A stretch of 64,000 bases of DNA, taken from the NCBI GenBank assembly GCA_030145345.1, contig JAQYVT010000001.1, forward strand, positions 13,013-77,012, in the 5' to 3' direction. The translations under genes and the position numbers were made by a program. Below are positions 20,650-29,261 of this stretch, piece by piece. Position 1 is the first letter of the stretch; the number at the start of each line of letters is the position of its first letter. This DNA comes from Desulfobacterales bacterium (GTDB lineage: Bacteria; Desulfobacterota; Desulfobacteria; Desulfobacterales; UBA11574). The notes beneath the pieces were generated by a model that ran no database searches, was not told the origin of the DNA, and worked only from the letters and a program-made list of their open reading frames with translations.

Positions 20650-21435
20650 ATGGTTTCTGTTTTGACATTAAACCTTCGTTTCGGCCTGGCTGACGACGGC
20701 CCCAACGGCTGGCAATACCGGAAGCGATGCTTTCCTGCTTTTTTTGAAAAATATCGTGCGGATTTCATGGGATTCCAGGAAGCCAATGATTTTCAGATCG
20801 ATTTTATCCATGAAATTCTGGCTGAATACCATTATATCGGCCGGCGAAGCCCGTCTCCGGATTTCTGGCAACACAATGTTATCTTTTATAAAAATGCCTG
20901 GACCTGTACGTATCGTGAACATTTTTTCTTGAGCCCGACACCTTGGGTGCCGAGCCGTTTTCGGAAAAGTCTCTGGCCGAGACAGTGCACCATCGGCATG
21001 TTCAAAAATTCCCGGGGCCAGCTTATCTGTGTCAACACGCACTTGGACTTTGACGTCTCGGTCCAGACCCGAAGCGCCAAACTGATTCTCCAGCGGCTAT
21101 CGCATCTCCCCAACGATATCCCTGTAATTCTCATGGGAGACTTTAACACCCCGCCATTTAGCCCCTGTTATAACATTTTCACCGGACAGGACCAGAAACC
21201 AGCGGTCCAAGAATGCTATTTGAAAAACGCATTTGAAAAACCTTTTCCCGGAACCCACCACGGATTCAAAGGGGTTTCAAACGGAGATCATATCGACTGG
21301 GTTCTTTATCGGGGCAACCTTGTGGTAAAGAACAGCAGGGTTATTCAGGATACATTTGACGGCCGATACGTGTCCGATCATTTTCCCCTCTGTGCAAGGT
21401 TCAAGTGGGCGGTTCTTCCACAAGATTTATTGTAG
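20650..21435 (+). CDS. Endonuclease/exonuclease/phosphatase (EEP) family protein
   Basis: MVSVLTLNLRFG start, ...GFQEAN..., MGDFN, and the C-terminal SDHFPL motif. The ORF track start at 20515 overlaps the CYTH gene. Confidence 0.8.
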   Translation: MVSVLTLNLRFGLADDGPNGWQYRKRCFPAFFEKYRADFMGFQEANDFQIDFIHEILAEYHYIGRRSPSPDFWQHNVIFYKNAWTCTYREHFFLSPTPWVPSRFRKSLWPRQCTIGMFKNSRGQLICVNTHLDFDVSVQTRSAKLILQRLSHLPNDIPVILMGDFNTPPFSPCYNIFTGQDQKPAVQECYLKNAFEKPFPGTHHGFKGVSNGDHIDWVLYRGNLVVKNSRVIQDTFDGRYVSDHFPLCARFKWAVLPQDLL

Positions 21436-21577
21436 ATTCGCAAGGGGTTACGCTTCGGCCATAATCCTTTGCGCCTAAAATCAGATAAAACCGTCACCCT
21501 TTTATTTTTCGATAACAGGATTAAGGGAAAGCACACAGGCCGCAGATGGACCTCAAGGTTCATCCGCGATGGCCATT

Positions 21578-22690
21578 TTAAATCAATGCATCAATCGGCG
21601 TGCATTCCAGGCCGAAAGCATCTGCAACGGCTTTGTAGGTAACTTTTCCTTTGACGACGTTGGCCCCGAGTTTGATTTCCGGGTTTTCCCGGATGGCCCG
21701 CTTCCAGCCCTTGTTGGCAATCTCCACGGCATACGGCAAGGTCGCATTGGTCAGTGCCGTGGTGGACGTTTTGGCCACCCCCCCGGGCATGTTGGCCACG
21801 CAGTAATGGACGATACCGTCAACGGTAAAAATCGGATCCGTGTGGGTGGTGGGCGTGGATGTTTCAAAACAGCCGCCTTGGTCGATGGCGACATCCACCA
21901 ACACCGCACCTTTTTTCATGGTTTTGAGCATGTCCCGGGTCACCAGTTTGGGTGCCTTGGCACCGGTAACCAGCACCGCTCCCACCACCACATCGGCCTC
22001 TCTGACAAGCCTTCGTATGGCCGCCGGGCTGGCCATCAGGGGAAAGCAGTTGGCCGGCATCACGTCGCTCAAGTACCGTAACCGTTCCAGGTTCAAATCC
22101 AGGACGTAAACCTTCGCGCCCAGGCCGCAGGCCATCTTGGCCGCGTTGATCCCGACGATCCCGCCGCCGATGATGAGCACTGTACCCGGATCGACCCCCG
22201 GCACGCCCCCCAGCAGAACGCCTTGGCCGCCCTGGGCCATTTCCAGATATTTGGCCCCCTGCTGAATGGCCATTCGGCCTGCGACTTCACTCATGGGCGT
22301 AAGCAGGGGCAGGGAGCCGTCTGCTTTTTGAATGGTTTCATAGGCAATGTTAACGGCTTTGCTTTTGATCAAAATACGCGTCAACGCCTCGGCAGCCGCC
22401 AGATGCAGAAACGTAAAAACAATCTGGTCCTCGCGGATGAGGTCGTATTCCGGCGGTAGCGGTTCCTTCACATGCATCACCATGTCCGAACGTTGGAAAA
22501 TCTCTTTGGGGCTCGCAACGATCTCGGCCCCGGCTTTCTCATAGGCGGCGTCGTCGAAGCCGCTGCCCCTGCCCGCAGCCTTCTCTACCAGAATAGAATG
22601 GCCGTTGTGTTTTATGACCTCCACGCCGGCCGGGGTCATGGACACACGATTTTCCTCTGCTTTGATTTCCTTGAGAATTCCGACAATCAT
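21578..22690 (-). CDS. ald: Alanine dehydrogenase
   Basis: 370 aa with [23 protein letters not shown] and the NAD-binding [14 protein letters not shown]. Confidence 0.93.
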   Translation of the reverse strand: MIVGILKEIKAEENRVSMTPAGVEVIKHNGHSILVEKAAGRGSGFDDAAYEKAGAEIVASPKEIFQRSDMVMHVKEPLPPEYDLIREDQIVFTFLHLAAAEALTRILIKSKAVNIAYETIQKADGSLPLLTPMSEVAGRMAIQQGAKYLEMAQGGQGVLLGGVPGVDPGTVLIIGGGIVGINAAKMACGLGAKVYVLDLNLERLRYLSDVMPANCFPLMASPAAIRRLVREADVVVGAVLVTGAKAPKLVTRDMLKTMKKGAVLVDVAIDQGGCFETSTPTTHTDPIFTVDGIVHYCVANMPGGVAKTSTTALTNATLPYAVEIANKGWKRAIRENPEIKLGANVVKGKVTYKAVADAFGLECTPIDALI

Positions 22691-22798
22691 TTTGTTCTCC
22701 TTCAGTAAAAAAATGGCGCCGCTGTTATGGGGAATCGCCTCTTGTGGGGTTATACACCGTTAAAGCCTGGAAACATGTTGTGCCGTGCAAATCAAATG

Positions 22799-23368
22799 TT
22801 ACCCCCCATCGGCTTTCAAGGTACGGACAAATTGGAAAAACCCTTGCATGTATGTCGTAAGTCGCTTGCGTATGGTATCGTCAACCAGTTGTCCCCGGTC
22901 GTCAAACACCTTCATGGCTTGACTGACCCAAAGCATATCGCCAAACCAGACATTCAATTTCAATAATCTTAAAGTGGGCAGCCAGGCTGTTTGGGAAAAG
23001 GCCGTCCCAAAGTTGCCGGGGGTCGCGCCCATCAATGCCACGGGCCGATGATGGAAAACCCGGGGTTGATCTTGAGGTGGGCGGGAGAGCCAATCCACGG
23101 CATTTTTAAACACCCCGGGGATCGAATTGTTATACTCCGGAGTTACCAGCAGCAGCCCGTCTGAGGCGGCGATTTTATCCTTTAGCTGCGTCACCACCTC
23201 CGGGACACCTTCTGCAGACTCCCGGTCGGCATCGTAAAGGGGGATCCCCTTGATGGAACCCATCTCCACTTTACATCCTTCCGGAGCGACGCCAGCGGCG
23301 GTTCGGAGCAGCGCGGCGTTAAAAGATTCTTTTCTAAGACTTCCGGAAATTCCAAGTATTGTCAGCAT
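22799..23368 (-). CDS. NADPH-dependent FMN reductase family protein
   Basis: 189 aa with ILGISGSLRKESFN and PEYNNSIPGVFKNAVDWLSRP. Confidence 0.88.
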   Translation of the reverse strand: MLTILGISGSLRKESFNAALLRTAAGVAPEGCKVEMGSIKGIPLYDADRESAEGVPEVVTQLKDKIAASDGLLLVTPEYNNSIPGVFKNAVDWLSRPPQDQPRVFHHRPVALMGATPGNFGTAFSQTAWLPTLRLLKLNVWFGDMLWVSQAMKVFDDRGQLVDDTIRKRLTTYMQGFFQFVRTLKADGG

Positions 23369-23881
23369 ATCATCCTCCTATGAAAAACCAAAAGCACACA
23401 GTTTTTAACAGAATAGACCGTGCTCTGTCATACAGGGTGTAAAATTTAGACGTTTGAAATCGCCTGGCGCGTTGAATAGGGGGATCCAACGCAACCACGA
23501 TACCTTAAAAGTCCGTCTTATGGCAACCTTGAATTTTTCGACACCAAGATTTCCATGAAGCGTTTGCCCTTGGGCACCACCGGGTACGTCCCAATTAAAA
23601 GCGATGCGAAACGTCCGTTACTCGATGGCTTTCATGGGTTCAGGAGCGGTGTTCTTGGGGCTGATCTTATACCCGGTTTTATGGACCGTCCCGCTTTCGT
23701 CCATTTTTCTGAAATTTATGTTGTAAAGTTTTGTATCAAATTTTAATAAAAAGATTACCATAACATGCCATCTGTCAATGCGTGGAGATTGGCCGTTTAT
23801 TAATGGCTTAAGCCCGCCCGTTTAGGGGGATAATTCGCGTATGGTTTCGTTTCCACGTCTAAACTGTTTAAGGAGGTGGGT

Positions 23882-25393
23882 ATGATCAAGGGATTTTGCC
23901 TCACGGTAATGGTCGTCCTGTGGGTTTTGGCACCGGTGGTTTTGGCGGCCGCTGGCGAAGCTCCCATCAGCGATGCCACCCAGGAATGTCTGGATTGCCA
24001 CAGCGAGTTTCATCCGGGTATCGTTCAGGATTGGCTCAACAGCCGACATTCGAAAATGACACCCCGAAACGCCTTGAAAGCGGATAAACTGAAACGGAGA
24101 ATGTCCGGCACATCTGTACCCGAAGCCCTTCAAAACCAAGCTGTCGGATGCGCTGAATGCCATACCCGTAGAGCCGGCGCTCATTCAGATACATTCGAAC
24201 ATAACGGGTTTGAAGTCCATGTGGTGGTCAGCCCGGATGATTGCGCCACCTGTCATGTGGCGGAAAGAACCCAGTTCGCCAAAAACCTCATGGCGCATGC
24301 GTATAAAAACCTGGCGGAGAACCCCCTCTACCAGGACCTGCAGCGGACCATTCTGGGCGAAAGCACCCTCGAAGGCAGCAAAATTCGTTTCAGCCCGGCC
24401 AATGACCTCACCCGTGCAGAGGCCTGCTTTTACTGCCACGGCACTCGGCTGGAGGTGGTTGGATATGAAACCCGGGATACCGATGCCGGAGAACTCGAAT
24501 TTCCGATCATCAACGGCTGGCCGAATCAGGGTGTGGGCCGCGTGAACCTTGACGGAAGCCGAGGGGCCTGCTCCGCCTGCCATTCCCGGCATCATTTCTC
24601 CATTGAGATGGCCCGTAAACCTTATACCTGCAAGGAGTGCCACGCAGGGCCCGACGTACCGGCGTTCAAGGTATACGCGGCCAGTAAACACGGCAACATC
24701 TTTTCTGCCATGAACAGCACCTGGAACTTTACGGCGGTGCCCTGGACCATCGGTACAGATTTTTCTGCGCCGACCTGTGCCGCGTGTCATATCAGTCTGC
24801 TGGTCAATGCCGACGGATCGGTGGTCAACCCGCGGTCCCACCAGATGAACAACCGTCTGGGATGGCGGATTTTCGGCCTTATTTATGCCCATCCGTACCC
24901 CAAGGAACCCGACACCACCAAGATTCGTAACCGTGCCGGTCTGTCGCTGCCCACAGATTTTGACGGCGGATTTGCCAAAGATTACCTCATCGGCCCCGAA
25001 ACCCAAAAAATACGCCGGCAGACCATGCAGAACACCTGTCTGAACTGCCACAGCACCGCCTGGGTCAAAGGCCATTTTGTGCGGCTGGAAAACGCCATCC
25101 AGACGTCCAACGCCAAGATCCTAACGGCCACCGGTCTGGTGAGTAAAGCCTGGGAAAGGGGCTACGCCCAAGGGCCGGACCAGAAAGGCAGCCCGTTTGA
25201 CGAGTTCATTGAACGGCGCTGGAGCGATGCCTGGCTGTTCCATGCCAACAATGTCCGGTTTGTGTCGGCCATGGCCGGCGGCGGGGACTACGGCGTTTTC
25301 GAAGACGGCCGCTACCCGCTGACCAACGCGCTTCTGGAGATGCAGAGCTGGCTGGAAACCCGGGACATGATGCCAACGTCAAAGAAACAGTGA
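23882..25393 (+). CDS. Periplasmic octahaem c-type cytochrome (HAO/OTR-type multihaem superfamily)
   Basis: Signal peptide plus eight CXXCH motifs (CLDCH, CAECH, CATCH, CFYCH, CSACH, CKECH, CAACH, CLNCH). AAGGAGG lies 5 nt before the ATG at 23882; the ORF track uses the GTG at 23876. Confidence 0.8.
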   Translation: MIKGFCLTVMVVLWVLAPVVLAAAGEAPISDATQECLDCHSEFHPGIVQDWLNSRHSKMTPRNALKADKLKRRMSGTSVPEALQNQAVGCAECHTRRAGAHSDTFEHNGFEVHVVVSPDDCATCHVAERTQFAKNLMAHAYKNLAENPLYQDLQRTILGESTLEGSKIRFSPANDLTRAEACFYCHGTRLEVVGYETRDTDAGELEFPIINGWPNQGVGRVNLDGSRGACSACHSRHHFSIEMARKPYTCKECHAGPDVPAFKVYAASKHGNIFSAMNSTWNFTAVPWTIGTDFSAPTCAACHISLLVNADGSVVNPRSHQMNNRLGWRIFGLIYAHPYPKEPDTTKIRNRAGLSLPTDFDGGFAKDYLIGPETQKIRRQTMQNTCLNCHSTAWVKGHFVRLENAIQTSNAKILTATGLVSKAWERGYAQGPDQKGSPFDEFIERRWSDAWLFHANNVRFVSAMAGGGDYGVFEDGRYPLTNALLEMQSWLETRDMMPTSKKQ

Positions 25394-25697
25394 AACGGGG
25401 GTCTTATCAGCGCTTGACGGGGGCATACGGCAACGTCATCCCCGATGCCCCCCAAATCAACGACGTCCTCCCATTGCCGCTATACGCCGACTATCGGATG
25501 GGGTATATGACCCTTTGATGGCGCTGGTGAAAACATCGGGTGAGGGTATTTTCAAGAGAAGAGGGGTTTTTGAAGGGGCACTCCCTGGGGGTGTTTTATT
25601 TTACTATCCAATAATTATAGCGGGGTATCAATGGATGAAAGGCTCCGGGCCACACGGATGTTGAAATTCCGGGAGCCGATTCTTGACGGTCATGCTA

Positions 25698-25871
25698 TTA
25701 TGACCGATTCAATTCAAAAGCAATCCGTTTGTCTGGGTCGCCTTTTCTGCGGCGAATAACATTCCCGGTACCGGATCTGGCTTTCGATTTCTCTTTTCTG
25801 GCTCGGGATTTCTCGTAGAGCTCAATATTTCTTCGAAGTATAATTTCCAACGTCTTTTTTTTCTTTTCCAC
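25698..25871 (-). CDS. Possible small basic protein (57 aa), very uncertain
   Basis: GGAGG, then 5 nt, then GTG. Hand translation gives VEKKKKTLEIILRRNIELYEKSRARKEKSKARSGTGNVIRRRKGDPDKRIAFELNRS. It overlaps the track ORF 25709-25948 in another frame, and I cannot decide between them. Confidence 0.25.
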   Translation of the reverse strand: MEKKKKTLEIILRRNIELYEKSRARKEKSKARSGTGNVIRRRKGDPDKRIAFELNRS

Positions 25872-26244
25872 ACGTGCCTCCGCAATTCTATTGGACCGGT
25901 ACGGACATGTTCAGCTGAACAACGCTTTTGGTTCAATAATATTTTCAAGTATCACTGTCACACATAATTCTTCATTATATACTTTGGATTCGGCGGTCCC
26001 TGACATCTGAAATTTCTCGACATTGTCTCTGCTTTCAGAATCCTGGTTGAAGACACCTGCCCGGTTATACCTTCCTTCGGGTCAGTATCATTGAAGGTTG
26101 CTCCAGAACATTCGATTTTTCGAGCTTTATCTTTTCAATGCAAAAAGCACCCGTGGGAACGATATCGAGTAGCAACCCTAAATGAAAAACGCATAAAAAA
26201 GGCGAGGCGTCTTCTATTCCGGTCCGGCTAACATAAATCTTTTA

Positions 26245-26610
26245 TTATTCTTTTGTTCGTGGTTTCAGTTTTCCATCGGGTCCGTTTCTACGGTCCTTTT
26301 GAGACCTGCGCTCTGGAATGTACGTGTCGTATGAGAATTGACGCCGGTCTAACCCCAAGCGCTTTTCTTGTTTATCCATGTCAAATAAAGACATTAAATC
26401 TTTCTTATTCCATATTGTCTCTTCTAAAGCTAACGTAACTTTTCGCTTTGTGTCCTTTCGGCATGGGAGACCTTGTTCTATCCGCGTAAGGGTCATCAGT
26501 GAGATATTGGCCATTCTAGCCAGCTCCGTTTTGCTGATCATAAGGGATTTTCTGATTTTTTTTAAACCGTTTTTGCGCATTGCCGAACCTTTTAAACCGC
26601 TTGACTCCAT
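26245..26610 (-). CDS. XRE-family helix-turn-helix protein with an Arg-rich C-terminal tail
   Basis: HTH segment LKKIRKSLMISKTELARMANISLMTLTRIEQG. The start was set at MESSG (AAGGA 8 nt upstream); the track start is 26664. The tail is DRRQFSYDTYIPERRSQKDRRNGPDG. Confidence 0.7.
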   Translation of the reverse strand: MESSGLKGSAMRKNGLKKIRKSLMISKTELARMANISLMTLTRIEQGLPCRKDTKRKVTLALEETIWNKKDLMSLFDMDKQEKRLGLDRRQFSYDTYIPERRSQKDRRNGPDGKLKPRTKE

Positions 26611-26921
26611 TGGGTATTCCTTGACGGATATTTTTAAAGTTCTCTTCAGAAAGCTGCTCGTCATCTCCCCTTATGGCCACGGCCTTGCCTGGAGATGACG
26701 AGCACCTTTTTTATCTTCGAGCTCTGCATGTTCGGGCTTTATATAAGAAAGCGGAAAGATAACATCCACCCTCACGCCCGAATAGCACAGTTTTGATTTT
26801 CTGATTGGCAGAAGATTTAATGGGTTAATTCAGGCACTGAATGTAACCGACAATTTGACAACAAACGATCCATATGTAAACAACTAAAATTTATTAGCAT
26901 AATATAAGGTAAAAACCTATA

Positions 26922-28328
26922 TTATGTCAGGGGCAAAAGGAAGGACCTAAGGTTTGTTTTTGTATTTCGGAGACCCAGTTTGTTTCTAATATTATTCCGG
27001 TGAAAATTAATGGCACCCGTGGAGGAATTCAACAATTCAGCGATCTCTTTGGTTGTCTTGCCATCCCTAACGAGCCCGGCGACCTGAATTTCACTTGGGG
27101 TAAGATCGGAAAATTTCGAAAACAGCTGGTGAAGAAATGGTGCAATAATGTCCTCAAGGTTCGATTTAATAATATTTAAATATACCATCTGCCGGTCATT
27201 CAATCGGCTGTTATTCAGTTTTTCAATATAAGGAAGCACGAGCTTCTTCACATTTGCAATGACTTTTTCTTCCAATTCTTTTTTATCTTCGTCCCGGTGC
27301 TTCAGGAGGACTTTCAAGGCTGCATTCACTTCCTGAAGCTCATGTGTTTTATTCTCTAATTCATTCCCTCTTTCTAAAAGGGCCAATTCCACCTGTTTGC
27401 GACCGGTTATGTCATGAATAATCGAATATAGAAGTTGTCTGCCATGTACCTTGATGGGCCCGCTGAACACCTCGACATCACGGATTTCGCCGTTGGCCAG
27501 AAGGTGCTGGAAATAAAATACTTGGCGCTGTTCCGCCTTGGCTTTTCCCATTTCCTGAAACACTTGTTCGTCCGAAAGCATATTGATATCTGTAATCTTT
27601 TTGGCGGTTATCGCTTCAAAGCTCCAGCCATAGAAGGAGACAGCCGCCGGGTTGGCATCGACGATATCGGCACTCTCCGGATCTATGAGGAGCATCACGG
27701 AGTGGTGGTCTTTGAAAAGACTCCGATACCGTTCTTCACTCTCTCTGAGGGCTTTTTCAGCTTTTTTGCGACCGGTGATATCCATGATCATTCCGGATAT
27801 GGCATCTCCTTCAAGAACCGCACTTACAAGTAGATTTTTTGTTTCACCGGATTTTGTAAGCGCTTCAAATTCGAAATCCTTAAGGCGGCCCGATTCATTC
27901 AGAGATTGTATCAAAACCTTTCTGTCTTCAGCGTGCCTATATCGAACAATGGCATTTTCTAACAGCATCTCTTCCGGAGACTCGAACCCAAAGATCGTTG
28001 CCGCCGATTGGTTTACATAGAAAATATCGCCGTTGATACTGCTCTGATAAATCCCCACAAGGGAAACATTCAAAAGATTCGAGTATCTTTTGTCTGATTC
28101 TTTCAACTTCCTCTCAGCCCGATCGCGGGCTTTAATCTCTCCCTCGAGACGCCGGACCGTTTTAGCCAATTCGGCATTTTGATCCTCTGCGCGCCCTTCA
28201 AGCCGTGTGTTTGCCTTGCGCAACGCCGCTTTTGCCCGCTTGCGTTCAACGGCTTCATTCTCTAACGCCTCGATCTTTTGTTCCAATTCTTTATCGGTCG
28301 GTTTTGTTTCCATGGGACCTTTCTCCAA
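26922..28328 (-). CDS. PAS-domain LuxR/GerE-family transcriptional regulator
   Basis: 468 aa: an N-terminal coiled coil, two PAS-like segments, and the C-terminal LTPSEIQVAGLVRDGKTTKEIAELLNSSTGAINFHRNNIRNKLGL (LuxR-type HTH). Confidence 0.85.
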   Translation of the reverse strand: MEKGPMETKPTDKELEQKIEALENEAVERKRAKAALRKANTRLEGRAEDQNAELAKTVRRLEGEIKARDRAERKLKESDKRYSNLLNVSLVGIYQSSINGDIFYVNQSAATIFGFESPEEMLLENAIVRYRHAEDRKVLIQSLNESGRLKDFEFEALTKSGETKNLLVSAVLEGDAISGMIMDITGRKKAEKALRESEERYRSLFKDHHSVMLLIDPESADIVDANPAAVSFYGWSFEAITAKKITDINMLSDEQVFQEMGKAKAEQRQVFYFQHLLANGEIRDVEVFSGPIKVHGRQLLYSIIHDITGRKQVELALLERGNELENKTHELQEVNAALKVLLKHRDEDKKELEEKVIANVKKLVLPYIEKLNNSRLNDRQMVYLNIIKSNLEDIIAPFLHQLFSKFSDLTPSEIQVAGLVRDGKTTKEIAELLNSSTGAINFHRNNIRNKLGLRNTKTNLRSFLLPLT

Positions 28329-28395
28329 TTATTCCAACACGAAAAAACAGGTGCAATTTTGATTTGTTTTTTCCGTTGGGTGATTTTTGAGTCTT

Positions 28396-28558
28396 TTGTC
28401 GAAAAGCGCTCGGCGAAGCGGTGCGTTCATCCCGTTTTACCGGGATATACTGCGCGAGCTTAGCGCTTTACAAAAGGCTCAAACCAACGAATGGGAGGTT
28501 TTGAAACGGCTTCTAATAACATTAGAACGAATAGTTCTCCTCCAATTTAGTTGGAGAA
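28396..28558 (+). repeat. Diverged dispersed repeat, family 2, copy A
   Basis: Shares TTGTCGAAAAGC, GGGATATAyT, TTTACA..GGC and a 59-nt 3' module (CAAACCAACGAAT...TTGAAA..GC.TCTAA...GTTCT; 42/59 identical by hand alignment) with 42668-42861, collinear and in the same orientation. Confidence 0.6.
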
Positions 28559-28567
28559 GAGGGTTCG

Positions 28568-28593
28568 AGGATTCAGGGGGTCAAGGGTCCAAG
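28568..28593. repeat. Left arm of the 26-nt inverted repeat bracketing the IVS-protein pseudogene
   Basis: AGGATTCAGGGGGTCAAGGGTCCAAG. Its reverse complement occurs at 28962-28987 with one mismatch. Confidence 0.9.
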
Positions 28594-28949
28594 CGTTTGT
28601 TATCCAACGATTTTATCAGCGCTTTGAGCATCCTTTCAACTTCCTCTTTATCATCCTTGAGAGCCTTTAAATTTTCTTTATTTACATAATTTAAATCACC
28701 TGAAAGCAGGACCTGGGTCTCCTATTCGCAAACAGAACCATAGGCAATATATAATGACCTCAAGTCGTCTGCAGTTATCTTCCTGCCATATCCTTATGCA
28801 ATATTTGAAGGAATCGACACAGCGGCCTTTCTGATCTGAGATGTCAGACCGTATCTTTCTTTTGGAAAATTTTTTGTTATTCTATAAAGATCCAAAGAGA
28901 GTTTGTACGACGTTTGCCAAGCTTTCAGATCTCTGTAATTCTTAAGCAT
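28581..28949 (-). pseudogene. Four-helix-bundle protein (23S rRNA intervening-sequence protein / Avd-like family) inactivated by two in-frame stops
   Basis: Hand translation of the minus strand gives MLKNYRDLKAWQTSYKLSLDLYRITKNFPKERYGLTSQIRKAAVSIPSNIA*GYGRKITADDLRSLYIAYGSVCE*ETQVLLSGDLNYVNKENLKALKDDKEEVERMLKALIKSLDNKRLDP. It matches the family hallmarks YGLTSQ.RRAAVSIPSNIAEG and ELETQ. A TAA at 28794-28796 replaces the conserved Glu, and a TAG at 28722-28724 replaces the conserved Leu. Confidence 0.8.
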
Positions 28950-28961
28950 TTCATTCGAATC

Positions 28962-28987
28962 CTTGGACCCTTGACCCCTTGAATCCT
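28962..28987. repeat. Right arm of the 26-nt inverted repeat bracketing the IVS-protein pseudogene
   Basis: CTTGGACCCTTGACCCCTTGAATCCT is 25/26 complementary to 28568-28593. Confidence 0.9.
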
Positions 28988-29261
28988 TTCAAAATCATCC
29001 ATTCTTTGGGAGATGATCCGAACGAATTTATTATTCTAAAAGGAGTATTATACATTCGTCGGCCAATGAATTGCAAGAAGAGGATGTTGGGGTGATCGGA
29101 TATAGAAATAATCTACACATCGCCGTTCTGATTTAAAAATGGGTGCCGGAACAAAATTGCTTGTAACCGGACCGCAAAGACGTTATAAACCCCTTGCGCT
29201 GATTTTATACAGACCATCGACAGCGCCGATTCTTTAACGTTTAAAATACCAATTTTTGATC

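Noticed and set aside
21569-22081. A 170-aa G/H/R-rich ORF antisense to ald, plus the neighbouring short plus-strand ORFs.
   Set aside because: These are shadow ORFs opposite a confidently identified alanine dehydrogenase.
23555-23746. A 63-aa track ORF and a 28-aa antisense mini-ORF in the 500-bp gap upstream of the cytochrome gene.
   Set aside because: Neither has a convincing RBS or recognisable motif. The region is left as unannotated intergenic sequence.
24185-25075. A 296-aa ORF antisense to the octahaem cytochrome gene.
   Set aside because: It is a shadow ORF in a GC-rich gene. The sense frame carries eight CXXCH motifs and a signal peptide, while the antisense product has no motif.
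28571-28581. The 10-mer TTCAGGGGGT shared between the MITE-like terminal repeat (15632-15641, 42152-42161) and the inverted repeat flanking the pseudogene.
   Set aside because: It is too short to distinguish from chance in 64 kb, and the flanking bases diverge immediately.
28387-28689. Track ORF of 100 aa on the plus strand.
   Set aside because: It runs through the family-2 repeat and antisense to the clearly recognisable four-helix-bundle pseudogene, and has no recognisable motif.
28951-28962. TTCGAATCC, which resembles a tRNA T-loop (GGTTCGAATCC).
   Set aside because: No acceptor, D or anticodon stems can be built around it. It is the junction next to the right inverted-repeat arm.
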